From positions 106,766,001-106,830,000 of the forward strand of contig NC_087437.1 in assembly GCF_036321535.1 (NCBI RefSeq): 64,000 nt of DNA, in the 5' to 3' direction. This document shows, in pieces, positions 62,010 through 64,000 of this stretch. Positions within the stretch are counted from its first letter, which is position 1; every line of letters starts with the position of its first letter. Source of the DNA: Camelus dromedarius (Eukaryota). The notes under the pieces are model-generated. The model saw only the letters and a list, made by a program, of their open reading frames with translations. It was not told the DNA's origin and ran no database searches. The position numbers were made by a program, and so were the translations under genes.

Positions 62010-62400
62010 ATTATAAATTCAATGTATACTTTTTATTGAATGCCTCCAGGCATTTTACTGGGTGCCAGGTACAGAGTTATGCATTAAACAGACATGCCCG
62101 CGGTCTCAGGGAGCTTACAGTCTAGCAGAGAAAGGGGACAGAACTGAAACAAGTAAACAGTGTTAAATACATTTTGGAGTGAGTGCTGTGAAGACAGCAT
62201 ACAGGAAATAGTAATGCAGATTAATGGTATGGAATAATTGGAGACTTACTCAGATCAGGCTGTTAAGGAAGCCTTATCTTATACTTTGGTATTTAAACTG
62301 AGATCTGAACAATGAAACAAACAAACAAACTGGGGTGAGCATGCGCAAAGGCCCTGAGGTTGGAAAGAGGCTAGTAATAAGAACCTGGACCAGCAACCAT
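62010..62400 (-). mobile_element. L2 3' portion
   Basis: TTTATTGAATGCC..CCAGGCA..CTCAGGGAGCTTACAGTCTAG..TTTAAACTGAGATCTGAA..GCAAAGGCCCTGAGG. Confidence 0.88.
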
Positions 62401-62429
62401 GTAGAGAAGTGGCATACTATAATGAATTA

Positions 62430-62800
62430 AAAAAAGGACTTTCGGGTCCTATTGGTTGCCACCAACAAGTTGGCTCATTACCAGTGACATTGGACAAGTT
62501 TCTTTTCTTTTCTGTGTTTGTTTCCTCACCTAAGAAATACGGATGTTACATAAAAATATTCCTGTAGTGACTTGTATCTCTGAGTCTATGCAGTTCTTTT
62601 TGTTGGCTTATTCATTCTTGAAAGCTGCCACATTATTAGTCCCTCATGGGATCACAAAGCTAGAAATGATCTTAGAAATCATTTAGTCTAACACCTTCAC
62701 TTTGTTTTGAAGAAAATAATGACCCTGGAGAATTCTTCACTGCCCTGAAGCTGGTTAGTGGTAAAGCTGAGACCAGGACCCAGGTCTCCTGCTTGCTTTC
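62430..62800. mobile_element. Two MIR fragments in opposite orientations
   Basis: GTGACATTGGACAAGTT..TCTGTGTTTGTTTCCTCACCT (62480-62540) and GGATCACAAAGCTAGAA..CTTAGAAATCATTTAGTCTAAC..GCTGGTTAGTGG..ACCCAGGTCTCCTG (62650-62790). Confidence 0.7.
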
Positions 62801-64000
62801 CCAAATAAATATGTAATGAAACCCAGAGCAGTTGAGAAGAGATTCTGGTCTATTTTAACACATTTAATGACTCATATGCAGGTATTTTTGGTTTAAGAAT
62901 GAGTTTTTCAATCAGAACATGAAACTAATGGCTCACTCAAGCTGGATAATTTGAAGAGGGTTTAGTGAAATGCATAGATAAGTATAGGGAAACTAAAAGG
63001 GACAGTGCAGTACCCCTGAGCTGGTATCCCTGGGGAACTTTATCAGTCCTAGACCTGAATGGGTCAGAAGGGGGAGCTAACAGAAACAGCTGTTTGGGCA
63101 AGGCATCCCATGGGAATTGAGACATGTTTAAGAGACACAGCCCAAAGAAGTACCCCAAGTAAATGCCTCCTCCTTATTCTCTGTTTTCCTTCTGGTATCC
63201 TGGTGGGCTCCCTATTGGCCAGACTCAGCCAGAAGCCCAGTAGGCAATCACTTGCCTACTGCTCACTGATGCAGTCCACACAGTGTAGACTCCTGGGGCA
63301 TTGATAGAGGGGAGAAGGGTAGAGACTGTATGCAGAGGGGTAGGGGGGAGGGTAGGCAGTACAGAAAGATTTAATGCAAAGAGTCCTTAGTAAGTAACTG
63401 CTTTCTGGCTGCTTATTCTTTACAAGGAGAAATGGGCTAGTCATGGAAATCACGGTATTTTGTAGGTAATGCAGAAGGCAGGTGCCCATGTTGAGCTTAA
63501 ACTGTTCGCTCTGACACGTCTGAAAGGATGAGTGGTAGAGCATGTCCACCAAGACTTCATTCCTATGAGAGATCATGCAGTCTCCTGGGTAAAGTTCATC
63601 TTAAAGGAGGAAAGAGCCAGAGTTATGTTCCCATAAATGTCTCAGTCTTCAGAGGAGAGTGGGATTTCTTGTTATAATAAAAGCACAATGTCTATCACTA
63701 GAATTTGTCCTAAAATCTGTCCTTTCCTTATAGATCTAGGTCTAAGTTTGAGGGCGGGGAGAAGACGTGAGATCAAAACAGAAAAAAACTATTTTCACAA
63801 AATAGCCCCTGAGATGTTGGGAACATGAAGTATGGCTGCTTTGAGCCTCATGTCTTCAGTAAAAGAAGATGTTTTCCCTCTCAGCTCAGAGTGCAAAATT
63901 TTCTTGGGATGGAGAGAACACAGGAAGCTCTGGCACACGGGAGACTCTACCTTTTCCGTGGCCCCAGCCCCAGGATGTGTGTCTGTCCTAATTCTGATGG

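Noticed and set aside
1..64000. Host-gene orientation inferred from the excess of minus-strand L1s
   Set aside because: Roughly 9 minus versus 5 plus fragments is too few to be significant. It is at most weakly consistent with a + strand intron.

Overview
This is mammalian non-coding DNA, either intergenic or deep intronic, and dominated by repeats. It is most likely from a camelid (camel, alpaca or llama). The young SINEs are tRNA-derived elements of the camelid Vic-1 type, and I saw no Alu, B1/B2, SINEC, PRE1 or Bov-A/BovB. No intact protein-coding gene, rRNA, true tRNA or CRISPR array is supportable. The listed ORFs are chance ORFs or transposon remnants (L1 ORF2 at 2.6-4.2 kb, Tigger1 transposase C-terminus at 4.8-5.2 kb). 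The window holds L1 fragments of several ages, long L2 remnants, MIRs, L3, ERVL/MaLR solo LTRs, hAT and Tigger DNA transposons, four SINEs and microsatellites. Repeat family names come from remembered consensus sequences, not a database search, and boundaries of old repeats are approximate. I found no convincing new biological system. The best leads are: (1) a 6-nt microexon or recursive splice site at 12292; (2) a CpG-island-like patch inside an ancient LTR/L2 at 37.6-38.35 kb; (3) two orphan retroposed mRNA 3' ends at 34.0 and 36.5 kb; (4) a twin-primed inverted L1; (5) a poly(A)-only insertion with target-site duplication (TSD); (6) candidate + strand exons at 47.0 and 49.7 kb.
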